Of a stretch of DNA of 61,536 nucleotides, positions 37,355 through 49,300 are shown one piece after another. Numbering within the stretch: position 1 is the stretch's first letter; every line of letters begins with the position of its first letter. The translations under genes were made by a program, and so were the position numbers. This stretch comes from Catajapyx aquilonaris. Taxonomy: Eukaryota. A model generated the notes under the pieces. That model made no database searches. It saw nothing but the letters and a program-made list of their open reading frames with translations, and was not told the origin of the DNA. The stretch lies in the NCBI GenBank assembly GCA_000934665.2, contig JYFJ02002200.1:1-61536 (forward strand). The letters run 5' to 3'.

Positions 37355-40300
37355 ACCAAGAGGGATTTCTTGTGAACCTAACTTAATGTCACGTGTCAGA
37401 CTGGTAGTCCCTTTGGCTGTCCGCCGACTGTGGTGTCCTGTGGTTCAAAGTGTTCCTTTAGTGCTCGTCACCTTAATAAATTAATTCATCCGTAAATAGT
37501 TATAACACCATGTCTTTGTGTGCAACGTTCGTAATAAACCATGTATCAGTTCGTCCGTCCTGTCCTTCATTGGCTGTTATATGTTACTGTCATCGTATGT
37601 CATTCCGTCTTTTCTTATTAGGAGGTAGGGAAGGATATCAGATGCGGCATAACTCCTACCCATACCCACAACATCATCACAGGGTCACCAGGGATGTAGC
37701 GGAGGTGACAGGTATGTTTCATCACCATAATATTGTCTTTAAAACGTAATTGATTCAATAGCCCTAACATTACCTGCCATATTTTACTAGCCGTTCATTC
37801 TTAGAGAGGTGTATTATAAATACAATGCTATAAAGACTACAGCAATATTCTTGTCAGGTGACGTGCCAACACAGTTAGTGCTTTAGAGTACTTTGGAATC
37901 TCGGGCTGATTGTCATTAAGACACGCAAATTGTGGCATACCATTAGTGCTACAAATGCCAGATACAACACGACAGTAGTCACTGTGGTTCTTTGATCCTC
38001 ATTAGATAAACTAGTGGTCATGTATTATTTACTTATATCCTAGAGTCGATTATGCCTGGTTGCCCATTTTAAATGCCTATGTTGTAGGCTTTATTAAATA
38101 GGCATAGTACATTTAATATATCATCATTAGGAGAAGCGTTCGCAGGCCCCCTCAGTGTATTGCTTTAACTTCAAATTGCGTTTAAGCCAACAGCTTTGAT
38201 ATAATTTCACCAGGTTTCAGCCGTCAGCGATCGGCTCTTGTAGTACTCAAACTCAGAGGTTCTGGCATAAATTATAAGTATATGCAAAGTGTACCTATCT
38301 GCTGTTAACATTTCATAAAGTGTGAGGCACCTAATTCTTTGAATCATATTTTGAATGCTATTATCAGTGCATTTCTTTTAAAGTTATCTGGCATACCTGA
38401 GGAACTTTAACAACAGACCCTTTAGCGATACGTTAAGAAATTTAACCAGACAACTGACTTATATTATGCTCACAGATATTGAACCTGAAGTGTGTAATGA
38501 AGTGAAATGCATAAGCCAACCAGACGGCTTCACCTGTCGTCGAATCCGTGATGAAGTTGGACCTTGCAGCTGCCCAGTATGGGAATGCGAAGTTGTGGGA
38601 TTGGAAGGTAAGAATACAATAGCAGTCTTGTCAACGAGGCTATTAATATCAATTATGTTACAGAATACCAAGCGCCTGCGTCTGAGAATTGTTCCCATGT
38701 TAGTTATTGCCCATGGCCACCCATAGAAAGCTGCGTGAAGAAACCAATAGGAGAAGATCCGCTCCAGTGCTGCCCTCTGTTTGAGTGTCCTCTGCTGTGG
38801 AATGAGAGTATGGACGAGGTTTAATTTTAATAAATAGCTTTTTCATATGCAATTGTGACGTTGCAGATGACCCCTGTGAAATGGTGCCATGTGAGATGCC
38901 ACTAGAATTAGAAGAAGACTGCCCAATTGTGACTCATCCAGGCCAATGCTGTGCATTTAAGACATGTGGGGCAGAAAACGACACCTTGACACTACCAAAA
39001 GTCTGTTCAGATGCTCTGTGCGGACCTTCACCAGGACCTGATTGCACAATGGAGAATATCCCTGGCCAGTGCTGCCCTAAGTATACCTGCATTCAGAGAA
39101 ATGGTAGGTGCATGCAAACAAAAAAAGGAGCATATATAATTTGCATATGGCATTACAGAGAATCGTCCTGCCTGCCCTTCTGAAAGAAATGACACACTCT
39201 GCCTCTTTGATCCCCTCCTAAATTGTGTCAATGATTCACATTGCGAAAAAGGGTAAGTAAGTGTATAGTGACCTAAATTGAAATAATTTCGTAATTATTC
39301 AATATTTACTTCAGTCAAGTATGTTGCTTTGACGGTTGCGGACGAGTATGCAAGGATCCTGTGGAAGTTGGTGAGTAGTAAGGGTGTGATTGCTATTTAG
39401 ACGGCCCTTCATTGCTCTTCTCTCTAGTTACTGTTGATGGCCCAGAGGACAACGTTCTTCCTAAGGAAGTCGGTGAAGCCGAAGATGTCTACGGTTATCC
39501 TGTATGGATTTCTAACACTGTATCTAGCGGAAAAAGTGGCAGTTGGTCTCTTCATGGAAAGTTTAAGCGAGCTTCAAAGAAGGATGACAAGAAAACGTCA
39601 AAGAAGGACAAAAGCGGCAAGAAGAAAAAGTGCAAGAAGAGGAAGAAGGGCGATAAGGGCAAAGGAGGAAAGGACAAGGGTGGTAAGGACAAGGATAAGG
39701 GTGGTAAGGACAAGGATAAGGGAGGAAAGGACAAGGATAAGGGAGGAAAGGACAAAGACGGCAAGGGAGGAAAGGACAAAGACAAAGACGGCAAGGGAGG
39801 AAAGGACAAAGACAAAGACGGCAAGGGAGGAAAGGACAAAGACAAAGACGGCAAGGGAGGAAAGGACAAGGGCTCAGAAGATGCAGGATCCACCTCAGCC
39901 GGAGGATCAGGAGAGAATGGCGAGAGTGGAGAAGGAGAGGACAAATCGGATAAGAAGGGTAACGAAAGCACAAGTGGACAAGGATCAGACGAAAAAGGCA
40001 ATGAAGGCGACACCTGTAAGTATAACTTAAAGTTAGGAAGAAAATGTATAATTAAGCACCTGCAATTTTTTAAAAGTGGAGGATGGAACTACCTGCCCCA
40101 ACTACAAATTCAAGAATAAGAAAACATGCAGAACTAGTACTAAGAAATGTTCGCAAAACAGAGACTGCAGTGGACTAAAATGCTGCGATACGATATGTGG
40201 CAAACGATGTCTCCATCCCAATTTACCTGGTAGGTGTTAATGTACAATTCCAAATATTCAGAACATTCTCACTTCAACACTTTGTTTCAGATCTGAGCAG

Positions 40301-43300
40301 TATCGGAGGTTTCATCAAGTCAGGTAAGTGTCACGTTTTATAACTTCAAACCGTTACATTTGGGCAGATTGATATTTCATCTCAAAACAAAACATTTTCG
40401 ATGTTTGAAATGTTCGGACTACATATAAGACCCCCCCCCCCCTTCTTCTTTTTAGATGAAGAATCCAAGTGCCCTAAATTCCGATTCCAAACCGAAGCCC
40501 TCTGTTTGAAGCATACTGTGTCATGCGCTGGTCACTCTGATTGTCCATCTGGTTACAAGTGCTGCGAAAAGATTTGCGGATTGCGTTGCATGTTTGTCGG
40601 TCTCAGCGACCAAGGACTAATTAAATCTCCATCTTTTGCTCCAGGTAGAGAAATTTTTTTGTACTCATTATTATTCTACCTAACGTTAATTTATTGACAG
40701 GTGCTTCAAAGAAAGATAATGTTCATGAAGAAAGAAAGAAGAGGAGTATAGGTAAGATGCATTTGATAATAAGATAAAAACAAGGCTAATATGCAATTTT
40801 AAAATTTTGCAGACAAATTTGGCTCCTGTCCGGCATTTCAATTCCGCTCCGAGGAACTCTGTCTCAAACATACAAAAGATTGCTACATGGAAAGGGATTG
40901 CCCCTCAGCATTTTCATGCTGCTTGCAATCTTGTGGATGGAGATGCATGGACGATTCACTGGAAGAAGATGGCGTGTTGGGTTTGGCTCCATATAATTCT
41001 GGTAGGTCTGAATAACTTGTAATATCTACTCAGTGCTACAGTCCGTTAAACCAAAGAACGATCTGACGTCACGTTCAGCCCCTCCTCCACCTGGCTCTTC
41101 CCTCCTCTCATGTCCCCGAATCGCTCTGAAAGCATACTAGTACTACGTATGCTCAGAAAACAGGTGGTGTGACGTCAGAGCGTTCTATCGTTTAAAGGAC
41201 TTTATTTTATGATAATCATTTCTTTCATGAAAGCTTTTAAAGAATTAAGCCACGTCAGCAAACGTGATTTGTCTGGAAGAGGACCTATGGGTATGGCTTG
41301 ATGTGAAGGCGATATAGGCATTGTCACTAACTAATTTTCTCTTCATCAAGGACCCTTGAGACGCTGTCCCAGCTTTGATTTTCATACCCAGTCACTGTGC
41401 ATTCATCATTCAGAGGATTGCAGTGACGCTCCTTGCACTAGTGGCTATCAGTGTTGCCGATTCAATTGCGGATGGCGATGCATAACTGAAGACCTGTATA
41501 CCTTACCTGAAGCAGGTAAGTGTTTCTGAATCACATTAAATCGCACAGCAATTGCTGAATAATTTTAACGTGACGCTTTCACTTGCAGATCTGAGTGAAA
41601 TTGGAGTGTTGTACAAAGACCAAGGTACGCTGCGAGAAATGTTGCGGACATAAACAACCAAGACAATAGTCGTTAAGCCTACCTAGTAGATTTTTTAATG
41701 TAATAGTTGTCATCTTGTCTTAAAAGCATCATTCATTTATGGGTTGAGGCTTATACCTTTCAAAACTGTTGTATGAGTCTAGATATCATAATAGGTTCTG
41801 CTAACACCTGGTTAATAAAAATCGCCCATAACTGACAACCTAATAGATCCCATGGTGCTACCCACGGAATTAAACTTCGTGGGTGATTAATATGAAGCAA
41901 TGTTCCCTCTTATGTATTCAACTTTGAGATGTTACTGTTGCCGCCCATAAAATGCAATAGCACAGGACGTAAATGGTAGCAAGATATTGACTTAAAGACT
42001 TAAGACTCGAATGAACATTGCCAGATTGTTGTTCAGGATACAGCACAGGATATATGTATATTTTACTTATTTGTCAAGTCATATTGTTTAAACTTCAAAT
42101 ACTGATACTTAAGTGATGTTACCGTTTAACGATAAAGAGTCTCTTCCAATTAGATAAATGGACCTGCCCCGAAGTGCCTCTGTCTTCTGAGCGTGAATGC
42201 CGTGTGATGGATAAATGTTTATCCAGCGACGCCTGCGGTCGAGGTTTCAAGTGCTGCGAGACTATATGCGGCAAGAGATGTGTCCAGCCTATCGAGGATC
42301 TCCCCCCCTTCCTAAGTAAAAATCATATCTAAGGTCTTTATTCATCACAGTAGTTATGTTTCACCTGTTGTTGATGTTGTTTCGCATATGCATAAATAAT
42401 AAATGGTGGGATTAGCATCTAGCCCTGAAATTTTCCTTTTTTTCTGTCTTTGTCGTCACCGATACTGTCCGTTCCAGAGATCAAATACATACTCTAGCTT
42501 CCTAATTTACATGGACGTAACGGTGCATCGTGAAGAGGTCGCTCTCTGGGGGGGTCGGGAAAAGATATCTCCTCTTACTCTTTCAGATGCGGACGAGTTC
42601 CCTCTGACTAGCTGGGGTTTGGTTGGAAATATCTGGAGTGGGAAAATACCCAAAGGAATCAGAAAAGGTAGAGCGGATAAAAAGCTCTCAAAGTTTATAT
42701 TAAATTACTGAAAGGTTCGTCTTTCAGAGGGTTACGAAGCCTTTCACGCACTCCCTGACGATGGAAAAATTTCACGGAAAAGTAAGCCTTACATGAAATA
42801 GTTGAGGCTCATATTTTGATTACTTGTTATGTTTTTCAAAGGTGAGGTTCCGCACCGATGTCCAAAGTTTCAATTCCACACCTACGACCTATGTCTTCGA
42901 TTCTCCATTAGATGCCAAACAAATGCAGATTGTGCAACAGGGTCTACTTGTTGCTACACTCTCTGCGGAAGACGTTGTTTGTGGTCGAATCTTGACCCAA
43001 ATGCTCCAGGCAAGACATTTTCAATTTGTTTAGTTACCACTACTAATAAGGTTTTATTCCAGGGCTTGGAAACATTGGGATATTTTCTGGAGTGAGTTCA
43101 CCGGGTGAGTTAAGGTGGCATATGCTCAGCATAATGACTCACTAACTTGCCTACTTTTTCGAACTTTTAGGCGCCCAACCTGCACGCAAAGAAGGCAAAA
43201 AAAAGATGCCTCCCATAAAAAACAAAGGTAATACAAAATTATAAGACTAATTACAGCTCGATGAATATGAAAATATCCGCAGAGACGCAAGAATCAAGAG

Positions 43301-46300
43301 AAGAACTCTATTCTGGAAAAGGCAGCGATGAAGAAACTGGAGGAAAAGTCAGCGATGAAGAAACTGAAAGCAAAGGCATCGGCGAAGAAACTGGAGGAAA
43401 AGTCAGCGATGAAGAAGCTGAAAGCAAAGGCATCGGTGAAGAAACTGGAGGAAAAGTCAGCGATGAAGAAGCTGAAAGCAAAGGCATCGGTGAAGAAACT
43501 GGAGGAAAAGTCAGCGATGAAGAAACTGAAAGCAAAGCCATCGGTGAAGAAACTGGAGGAAAAGCCTCATTGAATTCCGAAGGCACAGAAGAGATGGGAA
43601 GGGGCATCGTCAAAAGCAGAAAGAAACCATCCAAAGATGACGATGAAGAGCCATCTGATGAGGACATATCAAAGGACGGTAGTGAATCCCCTGGAATTAG
43701 TGACACGAGTGACATAGAAAGTGAAGCTAAGAAGCCAAGCAAGAAACCAAAGGTGAAAAAATGCCAACTGTGGTAAAATAATAATTTAAAAATTAATAAC
43801 ATAACAAAAAGTCTAAAACTTATTATATTACAGGAAGAATCTGAATCTGACGAGTCTACGGATAAGTTGACACCAAAAACGAAAGGCCCAAGGGGCAGTG
43901 AAGAGAGTTCAGAAGAGCCAAATGCAGACATGGACGACTCCGAAGCTATTATAGGAGGGGAAAAACTTCCGATATATGGAGAAGGCGAGCGCAAAAAACC
44001 AGGAGAAACAAGGTATGATGACACAAGAGTCGAAGATTTGGAATACGAAGAAAGGGAATCGTCCACTGAAGGAAAACGAAAGAAACCTGAGAAAAAACCA
44101 GAACAAGAAAAGAAACAGGAGAAAAAGATTGGGAAAAAACCGACTTCTGAGAATGGTCAGAAACCCACTGAGGGAGACGATTGCTCTGATATCACCATGG
44201 AATCCCTTGACAAATTGAATGAAAGTCCGGAAGAGAGTGGTGTACAGCAAGGTAGTGATGGATACAAAAAGGAGAAAATAGTCACCAGTGGTGATGAGGA
44301 CGCAGACGTTTCTGAGCAAGGTCCAGGAAGGCAAAAATCAGCAGACAAGTCTCCTCCAAATAAAGAATCTGCTTTGGACGAATGTGATGAATACGAGTTC
44401 ACCCTGCCAAGCCAAGAAGATGCTTCTGAAACTGCATCACCCGAAGAAAGCAAAAGTCCAGAAATTGAAATTCCCAAATCAACACCAGTCACCAGTAGCA
44501 ATGAGGACGCGGATGTTTCCGAGCAAGGTCAAGGAATGAAAAAACCAGCAGGCACGTCTCCTCCAAATAAAGAATCTACTTTGGACGAATGTGATGAATA
44601 CGAGTTCACCCTGCCAAGCCAAGAAGATGCTTCTGAAACTGCATCACCCGAAGAAAGCAAAAGTTCAGAAATTGAAGTCACCAGTAGCAATAAGGACGCG
44701 GAAGTTTCCGAGCAAGGTCGAGGAATGAAAAAACCAGCAGGCAAGTCTCCTCCAAATAAAGAATCTACTTTGGACGAATGTGATGAATACGATTTCACCC
44801 TGCCAAGCCAAAAAGATTCTTCTGAAGCTGCAACTCCAGAAGAAAGCAAAAGTTCAGAAATTGAAATTCCCAAGTCAACACCAGTCACCAGTAGCAAGGA
44901 GGACTCAGATGTTTCCGAGCAAGGTCGAGGAATGAAAAAACCAGCAAGAAAGTTTCCTCCAAAAAAAGAATCGACAAACGAGGACACGACAGATGAGGAT
45001 GATGAGGATGATACACTTGAATGTGAAGAAAGTGGTACCGAATCTGAAGAAACTGACGAAAAATCCGATAAGAGTGAAGAATGTTTAGAAGACACATTTG
45101 ACGAAACACCCTCTTCTGAGAGCACGGAGAGTGATGCCAGTGAATACTGTGACAGTGAAGAAGACAGCAATGGAATAGAAAGTTCTGAACAAAAACCATC
45201 ATTTGAATCAGGTGCTAGCGACGGGGAAGGTGCCAAAAATTCTGAGGAATGTTCGGAAGAGGCTGACTCTGGAGCTAAAAAGCAACCTAACACAGGAGAA
45301 AGTGTGTCTGAAGGAGATCAAGAAACAGACGATGGCGGGAGGACACCATCTGATTCAGGAGATGACTCTGAAAAAGATTCTGGGGGTTCTCAGGAATGTT
45401 CCGATGAAGCCAAAGAAACCGCGCGCGGTAGGGTTTTAGGAAACCAGCCTCCTAAAAGCGTTGGTGAGGACGAGTCCGATGATGATTGTAAGAGTGAAGG
45501 CGATACAGATGACAAAGGCGGGGATAAATCAGAATCAGCACAGACAACAGAAAATAAGTCAGATAGTGGTGTAAAAAGTACCGACAATTCGGAGGATTTG
45601 GCGGAAGACAACGAAACGAAACCTTCCAAGGGTGTCAAAGAAAGTGCGGATGAAGAGGATTGTGAGAGTACAGATGACCAAAAAGGTGCTGATAAATCAA
45701 AACCTACAGACACAACAGAAAACAGTGCAGCTGCAGGTTCAAGCGGTGGTTCTACAGAGGAATGTTCCGAAGAAGAAGAAAGTAGTTCAGCCAACGAGTC
45801 AGAAGATGCTTCAACTAAACCTGATGTACCAAAGAAGGGAGGAGACAAATCAAAAACCCCAAAGGATACAAAGAAAGAATCAACAGGTTCAGATGGTGAC
45901 GGACAAGGAGGTACAAGTGATACCGAAGAATGTTCCGAAGAAAAAGACACTGGTTTAGAAGGAAAACCACCAGAAAGTGGAACAGCAAGTGATTATGATG
46001 CAGATTGCAAGAGTGGAGCCGCTGAATCAGGCCAAGAAGAAGAAAAAACGCCAATAACAGAGACAACTGAAAATAAATCATCTGAAGAAGGTGAACTTGA
46101 TAGGGAAAAAGGCAGATCAAAAGACAAAAAGGGAGGTACTAGTGACTTGGATGAATGCTCTGAAGAAAAAGGCACAGGTGATGACGCAGAAGGTGATTCC
46201 AATGCAGATTCTGGGAGGGAAGGCGAGAAACCGGGTGAAAAGGGAGATAAATCAAGAAAAGAGGACACAGAAGAAGACAAGTCATCTGCAGGCAAAAGTG

Positions 46301-49300
46301 CGAGCCAACTCGACGAATGTTCCGAGGAAGATGTCACTGGTTCTGGCACAAAACCTTCAAAGAGCACCGAAGGAAGTGAAATTGATGAAGATTGTGACAA
46401 TGATGATGATAAACCTGATATGAGCGGAGATAAAAAGGGCAGTTCTGGAGAAAAAGCATCTGGAAGCATAGCTGAAAATGGTTCTGATGAGGATAAATCA
46501 GATAAGAGTGGAACGGGTTCAAAACCATCCGAGACAACTGGAACAAAGTCAACTGCAGGTTCAAGCGGTGGTTCTACAGAGGAATGTTCGGATGAAGAGG
46601 AACCTAGCTCTGATGATAAATCTCCGAAGAGTGCTGTGGAAAATGGCTCTGATGAAGACTGCAAGAGTGGAGACGAGTCAGGACCGGCAGAAACCGCTGA
46701 AACTAAAGAAGGTGGCAACAAGGAAACTGGTAGGGCTTTGGAAAAGGCCACCAGTTCCGCAGAAAAAGGATCTAAGAGCGAAGCAAGAAGTGGATCTGAT
46801 GAGGATTGCAAAAGCGATGCCGATAAATCAGATACGAGTGGCAATGGTCCAAAATCATCCGAGACCCCTGAATCAAAGTCAACTGCAGGTTCAAGCGGTG
46901 GAGACCAGGGGAGCAGTAGTTCTTCAGAGGAATGTTCGGATGAAGAGGAACCTAGCTCTGATGATAAATCTCCGAAGAGTGTTGCGGAAAATGGCTCCGA
47001 TGAAGACTGCAAGAGTGGAGACGAGTCAGGACCGGGAGATACCGCTGAAACTAAAGAAGGTGGCAACAAGGAAACTGGTAGGGCTTTGGAAAAGGCCACC
47101 AGTTCCGCAGAAAAAGGAACTAAGAGCGAGGCAAGAAGTGGATCTGATGAGGACTGCAAAAGCGATGCCGATAAATCAGATACGAGTGGCAATGGTCCAA
47201 AATCATCCGAGACCCCTGAATCAAAGTCAACTGCAGGTTCAAGCGGTGGAGACCAGGGGAGCAGTAGCTCTTCAGAGGAATGTTCGGATGAAGAGGAATC
47301 TGGCTCTGCAGATAAATCTCCCAAGAGTGTTGCGGAAAGTGCTGGCTCTGATGAAGACTGCAAGAGTGATGGCTCTAAACCAGGGGATGGCGGGAACGAG
47401 TCAGGACCGGGAGATACCGCTGAAACTAAAGAAGGTGGCAACAAGGAAACTGGTAGGGCTTTGGAAAAGGCGACCAGTTCCGCTGAAAAGGGATCTAAGA
47501 GCGAAGCAAGAAGTGGATCTGATGAGGATTGCAAAAGTGACGCCGATAAATCAGATACGAGTGGAAAAGGTCCAAAATCATCCGAGACCCCTGGCGAGCA
47601 AGAGAGCGGTAGTGCTTCAGAGGAATGTTCAGATGAAGAGAAATCTGGCTCTGCAGATAAATCTCCCAAGAGTGTTGCGGAAAGTGCTGGCTCTGATGAA
47701 GACTGCAAGAGTGATGGCTCTAAACCAGGGGATGGCGGGAACAAGTCAGGACCGGCAGAAACCGCTGACACTAAAGAAGACAGTGAAAGTGCTAGTGTTC
47801 CTGAAAAGGGAACTCGTTTAGGAGAAAAAGCACCTGGAAACATAGCTGGAAGTGGTTCTGATGAGGATTGCAAAAGCGATGTTGATAAATCAGATAAGAG
47901 TGGAACACCGAGCTTAAAATCATCCGAGACCCCTGAAAGCAAGTCAACGGAAGGTGCAAGCAGTGGCGAGCAAGAGAGCGGCAGTGCTTCAGAGGAATGT
48001 TCAGATGAAGAGGAATCTGGTTCTGCAGATAAATCTCCCAAGAGTGTTGCGGAAAGTGCTGGCTCTGATGAAGACTGCAAGAGTGATGCCGATAAGTCGG
48101 ACACCACTGAAACCAAGTCGACAGCAGGTGCGACAAGCGGTGGCAAGCAGGAGAGTGGCAGTGTATCAGAGGAATGTTCGGATGAAGAGGAACCTAGCTC
48201 TGCTGATAAATCTCCCAAGAGTGCTGCGGAAAATGGCTCTGATGAAGACTGCAAGAGTGATGGCTCTAAACCAGGGGATGGCGGAGACGAGTCGGGACCG
48301 GGAGATACCGCTGAAACTAAAGAAGGTGGCAACAAGGAAACTGGTAGGGCTTTGGAAAAGGCCACCAGTTCCGCAGAAAAAGGATCTAAGAGCGAAGTAA
48401 GAAGTGGATCTGATGAGGATTGCAAAAGTGACGCCGATAAATCAGATACGAGTGGAAAAGGTACAAAATCATCCGAGACCGCTGAAAGCAAGTCAACGGA
48501 AGGTGCAAGGAGTGGCGAGCAAGAAAGCGGTAGTGCTTCAGAGGAATGTTCAGATGAAGAGGAATCTGGCTCTGCAGATAAATCTCCCAAGAGTGTTGCG
48601 GAAAGTGCTGGCTCTGATGAAGACTGCAAGAGTGATGTCTCTATACCAGGGCTGGACGGAGAGGAATCAAAACCGTCAGACACCACTGAATCCAAGCCAC
48701 CAGGTACTTCTAGCGGCGGTGATCAGGGCAGCGGTGGTGATGCTGATGAATGTTCGAATGAAAGTGACACTAGTTCTCCAGTAAAATCTGCGAAGAGTGT
48801 GACAGAAAGTGGTTCTGACGAAGACTGTGAAAGTGATGTCGATAATTCAAAAAAGGAAGGCGACGAATCAAAACCGCCTGAAAAACCAGGAAACGCGGGC
48901 AGTGACGAGAAGGTAACTAGTTCAGGAGAAAAAGCCTCTGGAAGTGGTTCTGAAGAAGATTGCGAGAGTGATGTCGACAAATCAGATAAGAGCGGAGAAG
49001 AATCAGAACCATCAGCGACAACTGAAATCAAGTCACCAGATGGTTCAAATGGTGGTGACAATGGCAGTAGTACTGGTTCTGAGGAATGTTACGATGAAGA
49101 GAAAACCAGTTCTGCAGAAATGACTTCGACGTCAGGCAGTGGTTCTGATGAGAGTTGCAACAGCGATCTCGACAATGCTGACAAAGCCGGGGACAAATCG
49201 AAACCGCCAAAGAGTTTTGAAACCAAGTCACCGGGAAGTGCGAACAATGATTACGAGAATCCCGATGAAGATGAATCTATATCATCTCCAAAATCTGCGA

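Noticed and set aside
39434..40030. Overlapping Arg/Thr-rich and (PCRLCLCPFL)n ORFs
   Set aside because: Alternative frames of the GGKDKDK repeat; only the K/D/G frame fits the flanking splice phases.
45993..48695. 900-aa antisense ORF and other long antisense or shifted ORFs over the giant exon
   Set aside because: Ser/Leu/Pro-rich mirror of the repetitive sense frame; its length is explained by codon bias and tandem repeats.
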